Assembly (NCBI GenBank): GCA_025924715.1
Contig: JAICHV010000010.1
Location: 22,281 to 86,280, forward strand
Reading direction: 5' to 3'
Length of the DNA: 64,000 nucleotides
From: Alphaproteobacteria bacterium
GTDB taxonomy: Bacteria > Pseudomonadota > Alphaproteobacteria > Micropepsales > Micropepsaceae
Part shown: positions 48,803 to 59,022 of the stretch, in pieces
Numbering within the stretch: the stretch's first letter is position 1
Layout: every line of letters begins with the position of its first letter
Notes under the pieces: model-generated
Database searches by the model: none
What the model saw: the letters and a program-made list of their open reading frames with translations, nothing else
What the model was told of the DNA's origin: nothing
Translations under genes and position numbers: made by a program

Positions 48803-50353
48803 TCATTTTCTTCCGAGAATCCAAGCGCCTACCGAACCCGCCAGCAACAGCAGCGCAAATCCGAGATCGGCAAAACGCGCATAGGTTGATGGCGGCAGCG
48901 CGGTCGGCAACTTCGCGTCGAGTTTGCCCATTTCGTTCAGGCCCAATCGCGCCGTAACCCGCCCATAGGCATCGATAACCGCGGAAATCCCGGTATTCGC
49001 TGCACGCGCAACGGGTATCGCCTCTTCGATGGCGCGAACGCGTGCAATCAGAAGATGTTGGCGCGGTCCGGCCCAAGGCCCGAACCAGGAATCGTCGGTA
49101 ACGTTGATGAACCAGCCGGGCCGGTTTCGATGATCCGTCACCGCGCCGGGGAAGATCACTTCATAGCAAATCAGCGGCGACATCGGCGGCGCCCCGGCCA
49201 CAGTATACACATGCGGACCGTCGCCGCGCGAAAAACTGGCCAGGCCATGCGTAAGCTTGGCGATTCCCAATGTGCGCAAAAGTTGCGCGAAGGGAACATA
49301 TTCCCCGAAAGGCACGAGGTGAAATTTGTCGTATATCGCGTTCACGCGCCCACCCGGACCAAATGCGATCAGGCTGTTATACACGGCCTCGCCGGTTTGA
49401 TCGTCCAGCCGTTCCGCCCCAGTGAACAGGCTTCGCTTTGCGCCGGTTAACCGTGCGATTTGATCGAGCGCCGTGGGCGAGCGCTGCAACAGGAAATCGG
49501 GCGCCGCTTCCGGCCAGATGATGTGGGTAGGATTGCCGGGCTTTTCGCTGAGCGCCATCAGCCGCTGCCAATGGGACAGGACCAGGGCGGGCCGGTATTT
49601 GTCGCGCTGCGGAATATCGGGCTGAACCAGGCGCAGCGAGACACCCGGCACATATTGGGTGGGAGCGGCAAGCCGCCACGTCCCCCAGCCCCACAGCCCC
49701 ACAAACAGCAACGTCATCAGCACCGGGGCGCCGGCCTGGCGCCACGACAGCTTCCCCGGCGCCGCCAATGCGGCCAAGGAAGCCCCCAGCAGGATGGTCA
49801 GGAAACTGAGGCCATAGGCGCCGATGACACTGGCCGATTGCAGCACGGCCAAAGACGCCCCCCAGCCATAGGCGGGCAGATTCCAGGGAAAGCCGGTGAG
49901 GATATGGCCGCGCAGCCATTCGCCGGCCGCATAGAACACGGAAAAAACCAGAAACCGGGCCGGCCCCTCCCGCCAGAAATACAGCGCCAAGCCGCAAGAC
50001 AGCGCAGGGAAAAGCGCCAGGCCCGCGCTCAGGAACAACACCGCGAAGGGCATCTGCCAGAGATGAGCGGCGGGATCGACCAGGAAGGCATAGCCCACCC
50101 AGTGCAAGCCGACCAGGAATTGCCCGAAGCCGAACAGGAAGCCACAAAAGGCCCCGGCGCGAAGGGGATAGGCGCTTTCCCGGGCCCCATCCAGCAGCAG
50201 CAGCAAAAGCGCGAACCCCAAAAGCAACGCGGGAAAACATTCCACCGGGGCGAAAGCCAGCGCCGAGATCGCGCCGCTCGCGAAAGCCAGCAAGCCGCGC
50301 CGGGCTGGAGAGAGGCCCCTGGCCCAGGCGCCAAAACGGGCAAGGACATTCAT
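48803..50353 (-). CDS. lnt: Apolipoprotein N-acyltransferase
   Basis: TGFPWN, WPEAA, KFHLVPFGEY, ICYE, RAANTGISA. Confidence 0.96.
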   Translation of the reverse strand: MNVLARFGAWARGLSPARRGLLAFASGAISALAFAPVECFPALLLGFALLLLLLDGARESAYPLRAGAFCGFLFGFGQFLVGLHWVGYAFLVDPAAHLWQMPFAVLFLSAGLALFPALSCGLALYFWREGPARFLVFSVFYAAGEWLRGHILTGFPWNLPAYGWGASLAVLQSASVIGAYGLSFLTILLGASLAALAAPGKLSWRQAGAPVLMTLLFVGLWGWGTWRLAAPTQYVPGVSLRLVQPDIPQRDKYRPALVLSHWQRLMALSEKPGNPTHIIWPEAAPDFLLQRSPTALDQIARLTGAKRSLFTGAERLDDQTGEAVYNSLIAFGPGGRVNAIYDKFHLVPFGEYVPFAQLLRTLGIAKLTHGLASFSRGDGPHVYTVAGAPPMSPLICYEVIFPGAVTDHRNRPGWFINVTDDSWFGPWAGPRQHLLIARVRAIEEAIPVARAANTGISAVIDAYGRVTARLGLNEMGKLDAKLPTALPPSTYARFADLGFALLLLAGSVGAWILGRK

Positions 50354-51225
50354 GCCGGCGTGCCTTGCGGGCGAATGCGCAACCGGCGCACCCGGCGCGG
50401 ATCGGCCTCCAGCACCTCGAATTCGAACCCGGCGGGATGGGCGACGATTTCGCCGCGCTGCGGCACCCGGCCCAGCAGCGCCACCACCAGCCCGCCCAGG
50501 GAATCCACATCCTCGGCGGTTTCCTCGGTCATCAGGTCGATGCCGGTTTCGTGCTTGAAATCTTCCAGATCGTAGCGGGCATCGGCGATATAGGCGTCGC
50601 CGTCGCGGCGCAGGCCGGCATCCTCTTCGTCATGCTCGTCGGCGATATCGCCCACGATCTCTTCGATAATGTCCTCGATCGAGACCAGTCCGTCGGTGCC
50701 GCCATATTCGTCGATCACCAGCGCCAAATGGGTGTGCGAGGATTGCATCTTCAGCAGAAGATCGAGGGCCCGCATCGAAGGCGGCACGAACAGGACGGGG
50801 CGGGTGAGCCGGGCGATCGCCGACTTGGGCAGCCGCCAGACGCCGCCCGGCAGCGCTTCCATCAAGCCCAGCACATCCTTGACATGTACGAGGCCGGTTG
50901 GATCATCCAAGGTCTCGCGATAGACCGGCAGGCGCGAATGTTTGGCGTCGCGGAACAGCGCCACCAATTCGCTGAGCGGCATGGTTTCGTCGACGCCGAT
51001 GATCTCGGCGCGCGGCACCATTACGTCCAGCACTTTCAATTCCCCGAAAGCCAGGAGATTGGACAGCATCACCCGCTCCGGCCCCGACAGCGCCGGAGAC
51101 TGGCGTTCGCTTTCCTCGATCACCTCTTCCAGACTCTCGCGCATAGCGGCGCTGGAGGCATCCTCGCCACGCAGCATTTGCAGCAGCCGCTTGAACAGCG
51201 AGGGTTGGTCCGGCGCCTCGCTCAC
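50350..51225 (-). CDS. corC: CBS/CorC-HlyC domain protein
   Basis: DVMVPR, HSRLPVY, DEYGGTDGLV, EIVGDIADEHD. Confidence 0.9.
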   Translation of the reverse strand: MSEAPDQPSLFKRLLQMLRGEDASSAAMRESLEEVIEESERQSPALSGPERVMLSNLLAFGELKVLDVMVPRAEIIGVDETMPLSELVALFRDAKHSRLPVYRETLDDPTGLVHVKDVLGLMEALPGGVWRLPKSAIARLTRPVLFVPPSMRALDLLLKMQSSHTHLALVIDEYGGTDGLVSIEDIIEEIVGDIADEHDEEDAGLRRDGDAYIADARYDLEDFKHETGIDLMTEETAEDVDSLGGLVVALLGRVPQRGEIVAHPAGFEFEVLEADPRRVRRLRIRPQGTPA

Positions 51226-51686
51226 GCATTCCTCTCATAAGGATCGGCGATGCCCAGCCGCGCCAGGATCTTCACTTCCAGGCTTTCCATTTTCTTGGCA
51301 TCGCGGCTCAGTTCATGATCGTAACCGGCCAGATGCAGCACGCCATGCACCACCAGATGGGCGGCATGATCGCCGAAGCGCTTTCCCGCCGCCTTGGCTT
51401 CGCGGGCGGTGACGCCATAGGCGATGGCGATGTCGCCCAGATAGCCGTCCTTGTTTTCCGCGGCGGGAAAGGACAGCACATTGGTCGGCTTGTCCTTGGC
51501 GCGGAAATTGCGGTTCAAAGCGCGCAATCTGGCATCGTTGCTGAGCAGCACGGTGAGGCCAGTTTGCCCTTTAAAGCCCTCCTGCGCCAGCGCTTCGCCG
51601 GCGGCGCGCTTCAGCCGGGCGGTGAGCCCGCGGGGCTTTTTCCAACGCGCGTCCTCGACCAGGAAAATGACATCCCCCCCGCTCAT
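51222..51686 (-). CDS. ybeY: rRNA maturation endoribonuclease YbeY
   Basis: [20 protein letters not shown]. Confidence 0.96.
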   Translation of the reverse strand: MSGGDVIFLVEDARWKKPRGLTARLKRAAGEALAQEGFKGQTGLTVLLSNDARLRALNRNFRAKDKPTNVLSFPAAENKDGYLGDIAIAYGVTAREAKAAGKRFGDHAAHLVVHGVLHLAGYDHELSRDAKKMESLEVKILARLGIADPYERNA

Positions 51687-52639
51687 CGGCCGTTTTTGCT
51701 ATAGGCGGCAACGATGCGGCTGACGAGCGCGTGGCGCACCACGTCTTTTTCGGAAAAGCGGGCGACGCCAACCCCTTCGGTGCCTTCCAGGATGGAAAGC
51801 GCCTCATTGAGCCCTTCCGCCCGCCCCCCCGGCAGATCGCTTTGCGAGGTATCGCCGGTCACCACCATCTGGGAGTCTTCCCCCAGCCGGGTCAGGAACA
51901 TCTTCATCTGGGCCGAGGTGGTGTTCTGCGCCTCGTCCAGGATGACAAAGGCGCGGGTCAGGGTACGGCCGCGCATAAAGGCCAAGGGCGCCACTTCGAT
52001 CACGCCCTGCTCCATAAGCCGGGTGGTCTGTTCGCCCAGGACATCGAACAGCGCGTCGTAAAGCGGCCGCAGATAGGGATCGATCTTCTCTTTCAAGTCG
52101 CCGGGCAGAAAGCCCAGGCGCTCGCCGGCTTCCAGGGCGGGGCGCGACAGAATCAGCCGCTCCACCCGCCGCTCGAACAGCATATGGGCGGCAAAGGCGG
52201 CGGCCAGATAGGTCTTGCCGGTGCCGGCAGGTCCCACGCCGAAGACAAGCGGCTCTTTGCGCATCAGATCCAGATAAGCGCTTTGCGCCGGGCTGCGCGG
52301 ACGGGTGAGCCGGCCCGAAGCGGTACGGATGGCGCCTTCGGTCGCGGTGCGGGCGGAATCGGTAAAACGGATTTCGGCGTCGACTTCGGCCAAAGTGATG
52401 CTTTCCCCCGCCTCCAGGCGGGCATAGAGCGCGCGCAGGATGGCGCTGGCCCGGGCGCGTGCCTCGCCTTCGACCGCCACAAGATTGCCGCGCTGGGCGA
52501 TGCGCACGTTCAAGGCCTGTTCCAGACGGGCGAAATTCTTCTGATGCGCGCCCCCCAAAGCGGCCAGCAATTTGTTTTCGGCGAATTCCAGGGTGAGCTG
52601 TTCGCGCAAGGCCGCATGGTGCTTTTTGGCGCGGCTCAA
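51683..52639 (-). CDS. phoH: PhoH family ATPase
   Basis: [26 protein letters not shown]. Confidence 0.95.
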   Translation of the reverse strand: MSRAKKHHAALREQLTLEFAENKLLAALGGAHQKNFARLEQALNVRIAQRGNLVAVEGEARARASAILRALYARLEAGESITLAEVDAEIRFTDSARTATEGAIRTASGRLTRPRSPAQSAYLDLMRKEPLVFGVGPAGTGKTYLAAAFAAHMLFERRVERLILSRPALEAGERLGFLPGDLKEKIDPYLRPLYDALFDVLGEQTTRLMEQGVIEVAPLAFMRGRTLTRAFVILDEAQNTTSAQMKMFLTRLGEDSQMVVTGDTSQSDLPGGRAEGLNEALSILEGTEGVGVARFSEKDVVRHALVSRIVAAYSKNGR

Positions 52640-53970
52640 GCGGGCAGGCTTTCCAGCAAGGCGCCCTTAAGGCTGTTGGCGGTCCGCGCCTGGATGCGGA
52701 CATTGTGGATTTGCCCGATCAGGCCGGCACCGCCTTCGGCATGAACCGGATGCAGATAAGGCGAGCGGCCGATGACCTGATGTTTGCCGCGCCCGGATTT
52801 TTCGAACAGCACCGGCAGCACCTTGCCGATGGCCCGTTCATTGGCGGCGTCCTGCTGCGACAGCAAAAGTTTTTGCAGCGCCTGCAGCCGCTGGTCTTTG
52901 ACAGCTTCCCCGATCTGCTTTTTTGCGGCCGCGGCGGGCGTGCCCGGACGGGGGCTGTATTTGAAGGAAAAGCACTGGGCGAATTCGACCCGGCGGACCA
53001 GATCCATGGTGGCTTCGAAATCGGCGTCGCTTTCGCCCGGAAAGCCGACAATGAAATCCGACGAGAAGGCCAGGTCGGGCCGCGCCGCCCGCAGCCGATC
53101 GATCAGGCGCAGATAATCATCGGCTGTGTGCTGACGATTCATCGCCGCCAGCACGCTGTCCGATCCCGACTGCACCGGCAGATGCAGAAAGGGCATCAGC
53201 TTTTCGATATCGCCATGGGCGGCGATCAGGTCATCGCCCATGTCGCGCGGATGGCTGGTGGTATAGCGGATGCGCCAGATGGACGGAATTTCCGCGATTG
53301 TCCCGATCAGGCGCGCCAGGCTCCAATCGCGTCCATGCTCGTCGGTGCCGCGATAGGCATTCACATTCTGGCCCAGCAGCACCAGCTCGCGCGCGCCCCG
53401 GGCGCCAAGGGCGCGGGCTTCGGCGAGAATAGATTCCGGGCTGCGCGATTGCTCCGCGCCGCGCGTGTAGGGCACCACGCAGAAAGTGCAGAATTTGTCG
53501 CAACCTTCCTGGACCGTCAGGAAGGCGCTGACGCCGGTGTCGCTGACCGCTTGCGGCAGAGCGTCGAATTTTTCCAGGGCGGGGAAATCGGTTTCCAGCA
53601 CATGGCCGCCGGCGCGGGCGTGGCGGGCGATCATTTCGGGCAGGCGGTGATAGGATTGCGGCCCCACCACCAGATCGACCGCCTTGGCGCGGGCGACGAT
53701 CTCAGCACCTTCGGCCTGGGCGACGCAGCCGGCCACCGCCACCAGCATATCGGGCTTGCCTCGCTTGGCTTTGGCGATGCGGCCCAGCTCGGAATAGACC
53801 TTCTCCACCGCCTTTTCCCTTATGTGACAGGTGTTGAGGATCACCATATCGGCGCCCTCGGCGGTCTCGGTGGCGCCATAGCCCAAGGGCGCCAGCAAAT
53901 CCGCCATTCGGGCGGAATCATAGGCGTTCATCTGGCAGCCATAGGTCTTGATGAACAGCTTCTTGGTCAT
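52636..53970 (-). CDS. miaB: tRNA-2-methylthio-N6-dimethylallyladenosine synthase
   Basis: [15 protein letters not shown] radical SAM motif, TRAM domain. Confidence 0.97.
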   Translation of the reverse strand: MTKKLFIKTYGCQMNAYDSARMADLLAPLGYGATETAEGADMVILNTCHIREKAVEKVYSELGRIAKAKRGKPDMLVAVAGCVAQAEGAEIVARAKAVDLVVGPQSYHRLPEMIARHARAGGHVLETDFPALEKFDALPQAVSDTGVSAFLTVQEGCDKFCTFCVVPYTRGAEQSRSPESILAEARALGARGARELVLLGQNVNAYRGTDEHGRDWSLARLIGTIAEIPSIWRIRYTTSHPRDMGDDLIAAHGDIEKLMPFLHLPVQSGSDSVLAAMNRQHTADDYLRLIDRLRAARPDLAFSSDFIVGFPGESDADFEATMDLVRRVEFAQCFSFKYSPRPGTPAAAAKKQIGEAVKDQRLQALQKLLLSQQDAANERAIGKVLPVLFEKSGRGKHQVIGRSPYLHPVHAEGGAGLIGQIHNVRIQARTANSLKGALLESLPA

Positions 53971-54010
53971 GGGGCGCTGGTTATCGGGTTCGGGCGGAGG
54001 GAATTCAAGC

Positions 54011-54787
54011 TTAAGCCAGCCCCGCCAGCGCGGCGGCCTGGCCCTGGCGGATAACCCGTTCGGCTTTGCGGGCCAGTTCCTTGCGGTCCATGGCGTCCAG
54101 GCTCAGCGGTTCGTGGAATTGCACCACCACATCCAGGGGTCCCGCTTTGAGGGCCTCCCACAGATGCGGCACCAGTTCCATGGCGCCATACCAGGCATAA
54201 AACGGCCGCCCCTCGCGCCCCATCGGAATGCCATGGCTGCCGAAATAGGCGGTGGAGACCGGCTGGACGCGCACATGATGGCCATCGGCCAAGACGGTTT
54301 CGGCTGCGCTGAGCAGCGCGCTTTTGAATGGCAGGACGATATTACCGTCGCTGGAGGTGCCTTCCGGAAACAGCACCAGGATGTCGCCTTTGGCCAGCCG
54401 GGCGGCGATGGCGTCGCGGCTTTCGCCGGTCTGGCTGCGGCGGCTGCGTTCGACAAAGACGGTGCGCTGCAGCCGCGCCAGGGTTCCAAAAAAGGGCCAG
54501 GTGCCGACTTCCGATTTGGCGACAAAGCTGAGCGGCGCCAGGGCGGAAAAGATCACGATATCCAGCCAGCCGGTGTGATTGGCCAGCAGCAGCACGGACT
54601 GGCGCGGCAGCGGCCCCAGACTTCGAATATGAATGCCGAACAGCTTGGCGACGAAGCGGTGATAGCGATGGGGAAAGCTGCGCGCGTAACCCAGGCCCAG
54701 CGTGACGCCCAGCCATTGAAAGGGGATCAGGATAAGGGTGACGAGCAGAAAGATGGTCAGGATCGCCGCGGCGCGGAGCGTGGGCAT
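54011..54787 (-). CDS. Lysophospholipid acyltransferase (PlsC/OlsA-like)
   Basis: NHTGWLD, FVAK, FPEGT motifs. Confidence 0.9.
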   Translation of the reverse strand: MPTLRAAAILTIFLLVTLILIPFQWLGVTLGLGYARSFPHRYHRFVAKLFGIHIRSLGPLPRQSVLLLANHTGWLDIVIFSALAPLSFVAKSEVGTWPFFGTLARLQRTVFVERSRRSQTGESRDAIAARLAKGDILVLFPEGTSSDGNIVLPFKSALLSAAETVLADGHHVRVQPVSTAYFGSHGIPMGREGRPFYAWYGAMELVPHLWEALKAGPLDVVVQFHEPLSLDAMDRKELARKAERVIRQGQAAALAGLA

Positions 54788-54788
54788 C

Positions 54789-54934
54789 AGAGCGGTTCCA
54801 CGAAAAGTGTTCAGCGGTTTTCCGAGCGGCGCCGGAGGCGCCAATTGTCAAATTGGGCGCGTCCGCGCCCGGAACCGCGACAAAACAAAAACACAGAGCG
54901 CCTTTGCGTTTCAAAGAAACGCGAAAACGCTCTA
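54789..54934. repeat. Rhizobiales-type intergenic repeat carrying the dispersed palindromic insert (copy 2)
   Basis: agagcggttcc..aaaagtg..cggttttccg [ggcgccggaggcgcc...gggcgcgtccgcgccc] ggaaccgcgacaaaacaaa..agagcg..cgctct. Confidence 0.8.
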
Positions 54935-55360
54935 GGGTTTGGCGAGCTTTTTGCCCTTCGGCACGCCGTATAATTCGAGCCGATGATCGACCAGTTCGAA
55001 GCCCAGTTCTTCGGCCACCCGGCGCTGGAGCTTTTCGATATCCTCGTTGCGGAATTCGATGACGCTTCCGGTCTGCACGTCGATCAGGTGATCGTGATGG
55101 GATTCGGGGGTTTCTTCATAACGGGCGCGGCCGTCGCGGAAATCATGCCGCTCCAAGATGCCGGCATCCTCGAACAGCTTGACGGTGCGATAGACCGTGG
55201 CGATGGAGATATGCGGATCGATGGCGGCGGCGCGGCGATAGAGTTCCTCGGCGTCGGGATGGTCGCCGGCGCCCGACAGCACCCGGGCGATCACCCGGCG
55301 CTGCTCGGTCATGCGAAGACCCTTGTCGACGCAGAGCTTTTCGATCCGCGTCACGTCCAT
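54932..55360 (-). CDS. fur: Fur-family transcriptional regulator
   Basis: GLRMTEQRR, HPDAEELY, ATVYRT, HHDHLID. Confidence 0.93.
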   Translation of the reverse strand: MDVTRIEKLCVDKGLRMTEQRRVIARVLSGAGDHPDAEELYRRAAAIDPHISIATVYRTVKLFEDAGILERHDFRDGRARYEETPESHHDHLIDVQTGSVIEFRNEDIEKLQRRVAEELGFELVDHRLELYGVPKGKKLAKP

Positions 55361-55388
55361 CCCCGTGGGCGCCTGTTGTGGCATGAAA

Positions 55389-55832
55389 TTAGGCCAAGTC
55401 CCTGTGTTCCAGCGGCAATTGCCGTTTGAGAATAAGCGCGTCCCGGCCGTTATAATAGCCCTTGCGCTGCCCCGCCCGGACAAAGCCCTGGCCGGAATAA
55501 AGCGCCAGGGCCGACGGATTGTCGATGCCGACTTCCAGAAACATATGCAGGGCTCCCAAACTTTGCGCATGGCGTGCTGCCGCCCGCAGCAAAAGGCGCC
55601 CGCGTCCCTGCCCGCGCGCCGCCGGCGACACCGCCAGGGTCAGAACCTCGGCTTCATCCCCGGCGACACGGGCCAGGATGAATCCGTCTTGCAAATGAAT
55701 CGCAAAAGTTCCGGGGCCGGCCAGCAGATCGGCCAATGCGGGGGCGGACCAAGGATCGGCAAAGGCGCTCCGATGAAGCGTCGCCAGCGCTTGGAGATCG
55801 TCCGCTGCGGAATCGAACAGTTTGGGTGTCAT
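55389..55832 (-). CDS. rimI: RimI-like GNAT acetyltransferase
   Basis: EAEVLTLAV..RGQGRG..LEV..N..ALALY..GF..RKGYY; follows tsaB. Confidence 0.85.
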   Translation of the reverse strand: MTPKLFDSAADDLQALATLHRSAFADPWSAPALADLLAGPGTFAIHLQDGFILARVAGDEAEVLTLAVSPAARGQGRGRLLLRAAARHAQSLGALHMFLEVGIDNPSALALYSGQGFVRAGQRKGYYNGRDALILKRQLPLEHRDLA

Positions 55833-56461
55833 GCCGAGACAGGAAGCTTGGCGTCGGGCGCACGCAAATAGAGCGGCGCGGGCGCACCATCGGGCGCGGG
55901 GCGGGTCAGTGCCAGTTTCGCCACCCATAAAGCATCGGGTTGGCGCAGGGGCGAGAGCACGAATTCCTCGCCCAAAGCGGTCGACGCCGCCGGCGCGCCG
56001 GTGCCGGCCAGAACACAAGGTCCGAAGCTTTGGATTTTCGCGAGGCCTTCTGCAAAAGACATCACCGCCGCTTCGAAAACGGTTTCTCCATTTTCCCATA
56101 ACAGCAGATAGGCTTCGCCGCGTTTGGCATCATGGATGGCGGCCGCGCGCGGTGCCTGTGTGGCGGCGCAGATCGCTTCCAGGGTGGTGACGCCGATCAA
56201 GGGAATTTGCAGCGCCAGGCGCAGGCCGCGCATAAAGGCCAGTCCCACACGCTGGCCGGTAAAAGTGCCGGGTCCGGTGGTGACGGCCAACCGGTCCAGC
56301 GACCCGAAACTGATGCCGGTCATGGCCCGCGCCACCATCGGCGCCAGGGCCTCGGCATGACCGCGCGCCATCTCTTCAAGGTGATGGGCGAGAATTTTTT
56401 CGCCGTCCAGCACCGCGACCGAACAAGCGCCCAGCGCGGTATCGACGGCGAGCAGTCTCAT
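55829..56461 (-). CDS. tsaB: tRNA threonylcarbamoyladenosine biosynthesis protein TsaB
   Basis: MRLLAVDTA, GHAEAL, GPGTFTGQRVG, DAKRGE. Confidence 0.94.
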   Translation of the reverse strand: MRLLAVDTALGACSVAVLDGEKILAHHLEEMARGHAEALAPMVARAMTGISFGSLDRLAVTTGPGTFTGQRVGLAFMRGLRLALQIPLIGVTTLEAICAATQAPRAAAIHDAKRGEAYLLLWENGETVFEAAVMSFAEGLAKIQSFGPCVLAGTGAPAASTALGEEFVLSPLRQPDALWVAKLALTRPAPDGAPAPLYLRAPDAKLPVSA

Positions 56462-57099
56462 CAGAGGATCTTGCAGGCTTCGTCGAAATCCAGCCGCGCC
56501 GCGCGGGGCCGCAAGCCCTCGCGGTCGCCATAGCCCAGATTGCAAAGGAAATAGGACTTGATCGATGTGCCGGCAAAGAATTCCCGGTCCACGCCTTCGG
56601 AATCGAAACCCGACATCGGGCCACAGTCCAGCCCCAGCGCCCGCGCCGCGATCATGAAATAACCGCCTTCCAGGCCCGTGCTGCGCATCGCCATCAGGCG
56701 GGCGCGGCCCGGATCAGCCGCCATTTTCGCCGCCATGGTGGTGGCGCGCGGCGCCAGCTTGGGCTGATACCGCGCGAAATCCGGATCATACCCAATGATG
56801 GCAGTGACGGGCGCCGTCATGGTCTGAACCCGATTGCCTTCATCCAGCAATGGCTCCAGCCGCGCCTTGGCTTCCTTGGACTGCACAAAACAAAACCGCG
56901 CCGGCGAGATGTTGGTTTCGGTCGGGCCCAGCCGCGCCAGATCATAAATCGCCATCAGCAGTGCCGGCGCGATCGGACGGTCTTGCCATTTGCGCAAGGT
57001 GCGCGCGTCACGGAAAATCGTTTCCAGCGCCGCATCGGCAACGGCATGCGCCGGTTCGGAGAGATAAGGCTCGGCCAGGTGGGATGGCGAGACCGGCAT
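56461..57099 (-). CDS. Nitroreductase family (RutE-like malonic semialdehyde reductase)
   Basis: FRDART, GPTETNISPARF, AARALGLDCGPMSGFD, RAARLDFDEAC. Confidence 0.88.
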   Translation of the reverse strand: MPVSPSHLAEPYLSEPAHAVADAALETIFRDARTLRKWQDRPIAPALLMAIYDLARLGPTETNISPARFCFVQSKEAKARLEPLLDEGNRVQTMTAPVTAIIGYDPDFARYQPKLAPRATTMAAKMAADPGRARLMAMRSTGLEGGYFMIAARALGLDCGPMSGFDSEGVDREFFAGTSIKSYFLCNLGYGDREGLRPRAARLDFDEACKIL

Positions 57100-57659
57100 C
57101 AAACCGCTTCGACCGCGGTCACTTCGGGCACGTAATGACGCAGCATATTCTCGATGCCGTTCTTCAAGGTCATGGTCGAAGAGGGGCAGCCGGCGCAGGA
57201 GCCCTGCAGATGCAGCGAAACAATGCCGGTATCGCCATCGAAGCCTTTGAAGATGATGTCGCCGCCATCCTGGGCAACGGCGGGCCGCACCCGGGTTTCG
57301 ATCAATTCCTTGATCTGTTCGATCACTTCGGGATCGCCCTCGCCATAGGACGCCTCGTCCACTTCCTGGGCATCGCCCACGATCAAAGGGGCGCCGGAGG
57401 TGAAATGCTCCATGATCGTGCCCAGGATCGCCGGCTTCAAATGCCGCCAGTCGCCGTCGCGCTTGGTGACGGAAATGAAATCGCTGCCGAAAAACACCCG
57501 CGAGACATCCGGCGTCTCGAACAGCGCCTTGGCCAAAGGCGAGCGGGCGGCGCTGTCGGCGCTGGGAAAATCGGCGACGGCCCCCTCGCCCATCACCTCG
57601 CGGCCGGGCAGGAATTTGAGGGTGGCGGGATTGGGGGTGGCTTCGGTCTGGATGAACAT
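57099..57659 (-). CDS. NifU/Nfu Fe-S carrier protein
   Basis: MFIQTEATPNPATLKFLPG, VRPAVAQDGGD, GSCAGCPSS. Confidence 0.94.
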   Translation of the reverse strand: MFIQTEATPNPATLKFLPGREVMGEGAVADFPSADSAARSPLAKALFETPDVSRVFFGSDFISVTKRDGDWRHLKPAILGTIMEHFTSGAPLIVGDAQEVDEASYGEGDPEVIEQIKELIETRVRPAVAQDGGDIIFKGFDGDTGIVSLHLQGSCAGCPSSTMTLKNGIENMLRHYVPEVTAVEAV

Positions 57660-57746
57660 GGCTTGTGGGTCTTTCGGCGATCTCGCCATCTTACATGGCG
57701 CCGGGGGCCAGGCCTATCAAGACCTTTAACCACCTGAAACTCTTAC

Positions 57747-57950
57747 TCAAAAATCGCTGGCTATGCCTTTGCGCTCCCAATCGCCGTAGCGGGTGGGCTC
57801 CGGGCCCTTGGGACCGTTCCTTTCCGGGGGCAGATTCAGCGGCACTTCCTGGGCGCGGCGGGCGTCAGCTTCCGCATTGGCGCGGGTCGCGGCGGCGGCA
57901 ATGCGGGCGGCGATCTCGGCCGCAGATGAATTTTTATTGTGCTTCTTCAT
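57747..57950 (-). CDS. DUF1674 (SDHAF4-like) protein
   Basis: GPKGPEPTRYGDWERKG..SDF signature. Confidence 0.9.
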   Translation of the reverse strand: MKKHNKNSSAAEIAARIAAAATRANAEADARRAQEVPLNLPPERNGPKGPEPTRYGDWERKGIASDF

Positions 57951-58024
57951 TGACTTAGCCCTGGGGGCGGCTTGACCTGGCGGGCCGCGAGCATACATCA
58001 CAGGAGCGTTTTGGGAATGCTGTC

Positions 58025-58885
58025 ATGAACACCTTCAAGACCTTGATGTTGATGAGCCTGATGACCGGGCTCTTCCTGGTGGTGGGCGGTCTGATCGGCG
58101 GCAGCGGCGGCATGATGATCGCCTTCCTGTTCGCCGCCGGCACCAATCTGCTGGCCTATTGGAACTCGGACAAGATGCTGCTGTCGATGTATGGCGCGCG
58201 CCAGGTCGACGAAAGCAGCGCGCCGGGGCTGACCCATATTGTGGCGCGGCTGTCGCGCCAGGCCGGGTTGCCGATGCCCAAAGTCTATATTTCGGAAAAT
58301 CCCCAGCCCAATGCCTTCGCCACGGGGCGCAGTCCCGAGCATGCCGCGCTTTGTGTCACCAGCGGGCTTTTGGCCAAAGTGACCGATGAAGAACTGGCCG
58401 GGGTGATCGGCCATGAGCTGGGGCATGTGAAAAACCGCGACACCCTGACCATGACCATCACCGCGGTGATGGCGGGCGCCATCGGCATGCTGGCCAATTT
58501 CGCGTTCTTCATGGGCGGGCGGCGCAATCCGCTGGGCCTGATTGGTGTGCTGCTGGTGACCGTATTGGCGCCCGTTGCCGCCATGCTGGTGCAGGCGGCG
58601 GTCAGCCGCTCCCGCGAATTCGAAGCCGACCGTGCCGGGGCCGAGCTCACGGGCCGGCCGCTTTGGTTGGCCAATGCGCTGTCGGTGATCGACAGTTCTG
58701 CACAGCGGACCCTCAACCAGCCTGCCGACGCCAATCCGGCGACCGCGCATATGTTCATCGTCAATCCGCTGCATGGCGGGATGAGCGGCTTGTTCGCCAC
58801 TCATCCCTCGACGGCGGAGCGCATTGCCCGGCTGCAGGCCATGGCAGGTGTGCCAGCAGCGCCCGCGCGGGGGCCGTGGGGGTGA
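58025..58885 (+). CDS. htpX: Zinc metalloprotease HtpX
   Basis: [28 protein letters not shown]. Confidence 0.96.
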   Translation: MNTFKTLMLMSLMTGLFLVVGGLIGGSGGMMIAFLFAAGTNLLAYWNSDKMLLSMYGARQVDESSAPGLTHIVARLSRQAGLPMPKVYISENPQPNAFATGRSPEHAALCVTSGLLAKVTDEELAGVIGHELGHVKNRDTLTMTITAVMAGAIGMLANFAFFMGGRRNPLGLIGVLLVTVLAPVAAMLVQAAVSRSREFEADRAGAELTGRPLWLANALSVIDSSAQRTLNQPADANPATAHMFIVNPLHGGMSGLFATHPSTAERIARLQAMAGVPAAPARGPWG

Positions 58886-58891
58886 AACGCG

Positions 58892-58975
58892 GTCCGCCGA
58901 AGGCGGACGAAATGGTCCAGTGGACCATTTCGAGCGTTGAACGCCGCGAGCACGAGCGAGCGGCCGGAGAGCTGC
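58892..58975. repeat. Palindromic intergenic element
   Basis: gtccgcc-gaa-ggcggac, then gaaatggtcca-g-tggaccatttc. Confidence 0.6.
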
Positions 58976-59022
58976 CTATACACGCGCTTTCCCTCTCTCT
59001 CGCAAATGCCTAAACACTCACC

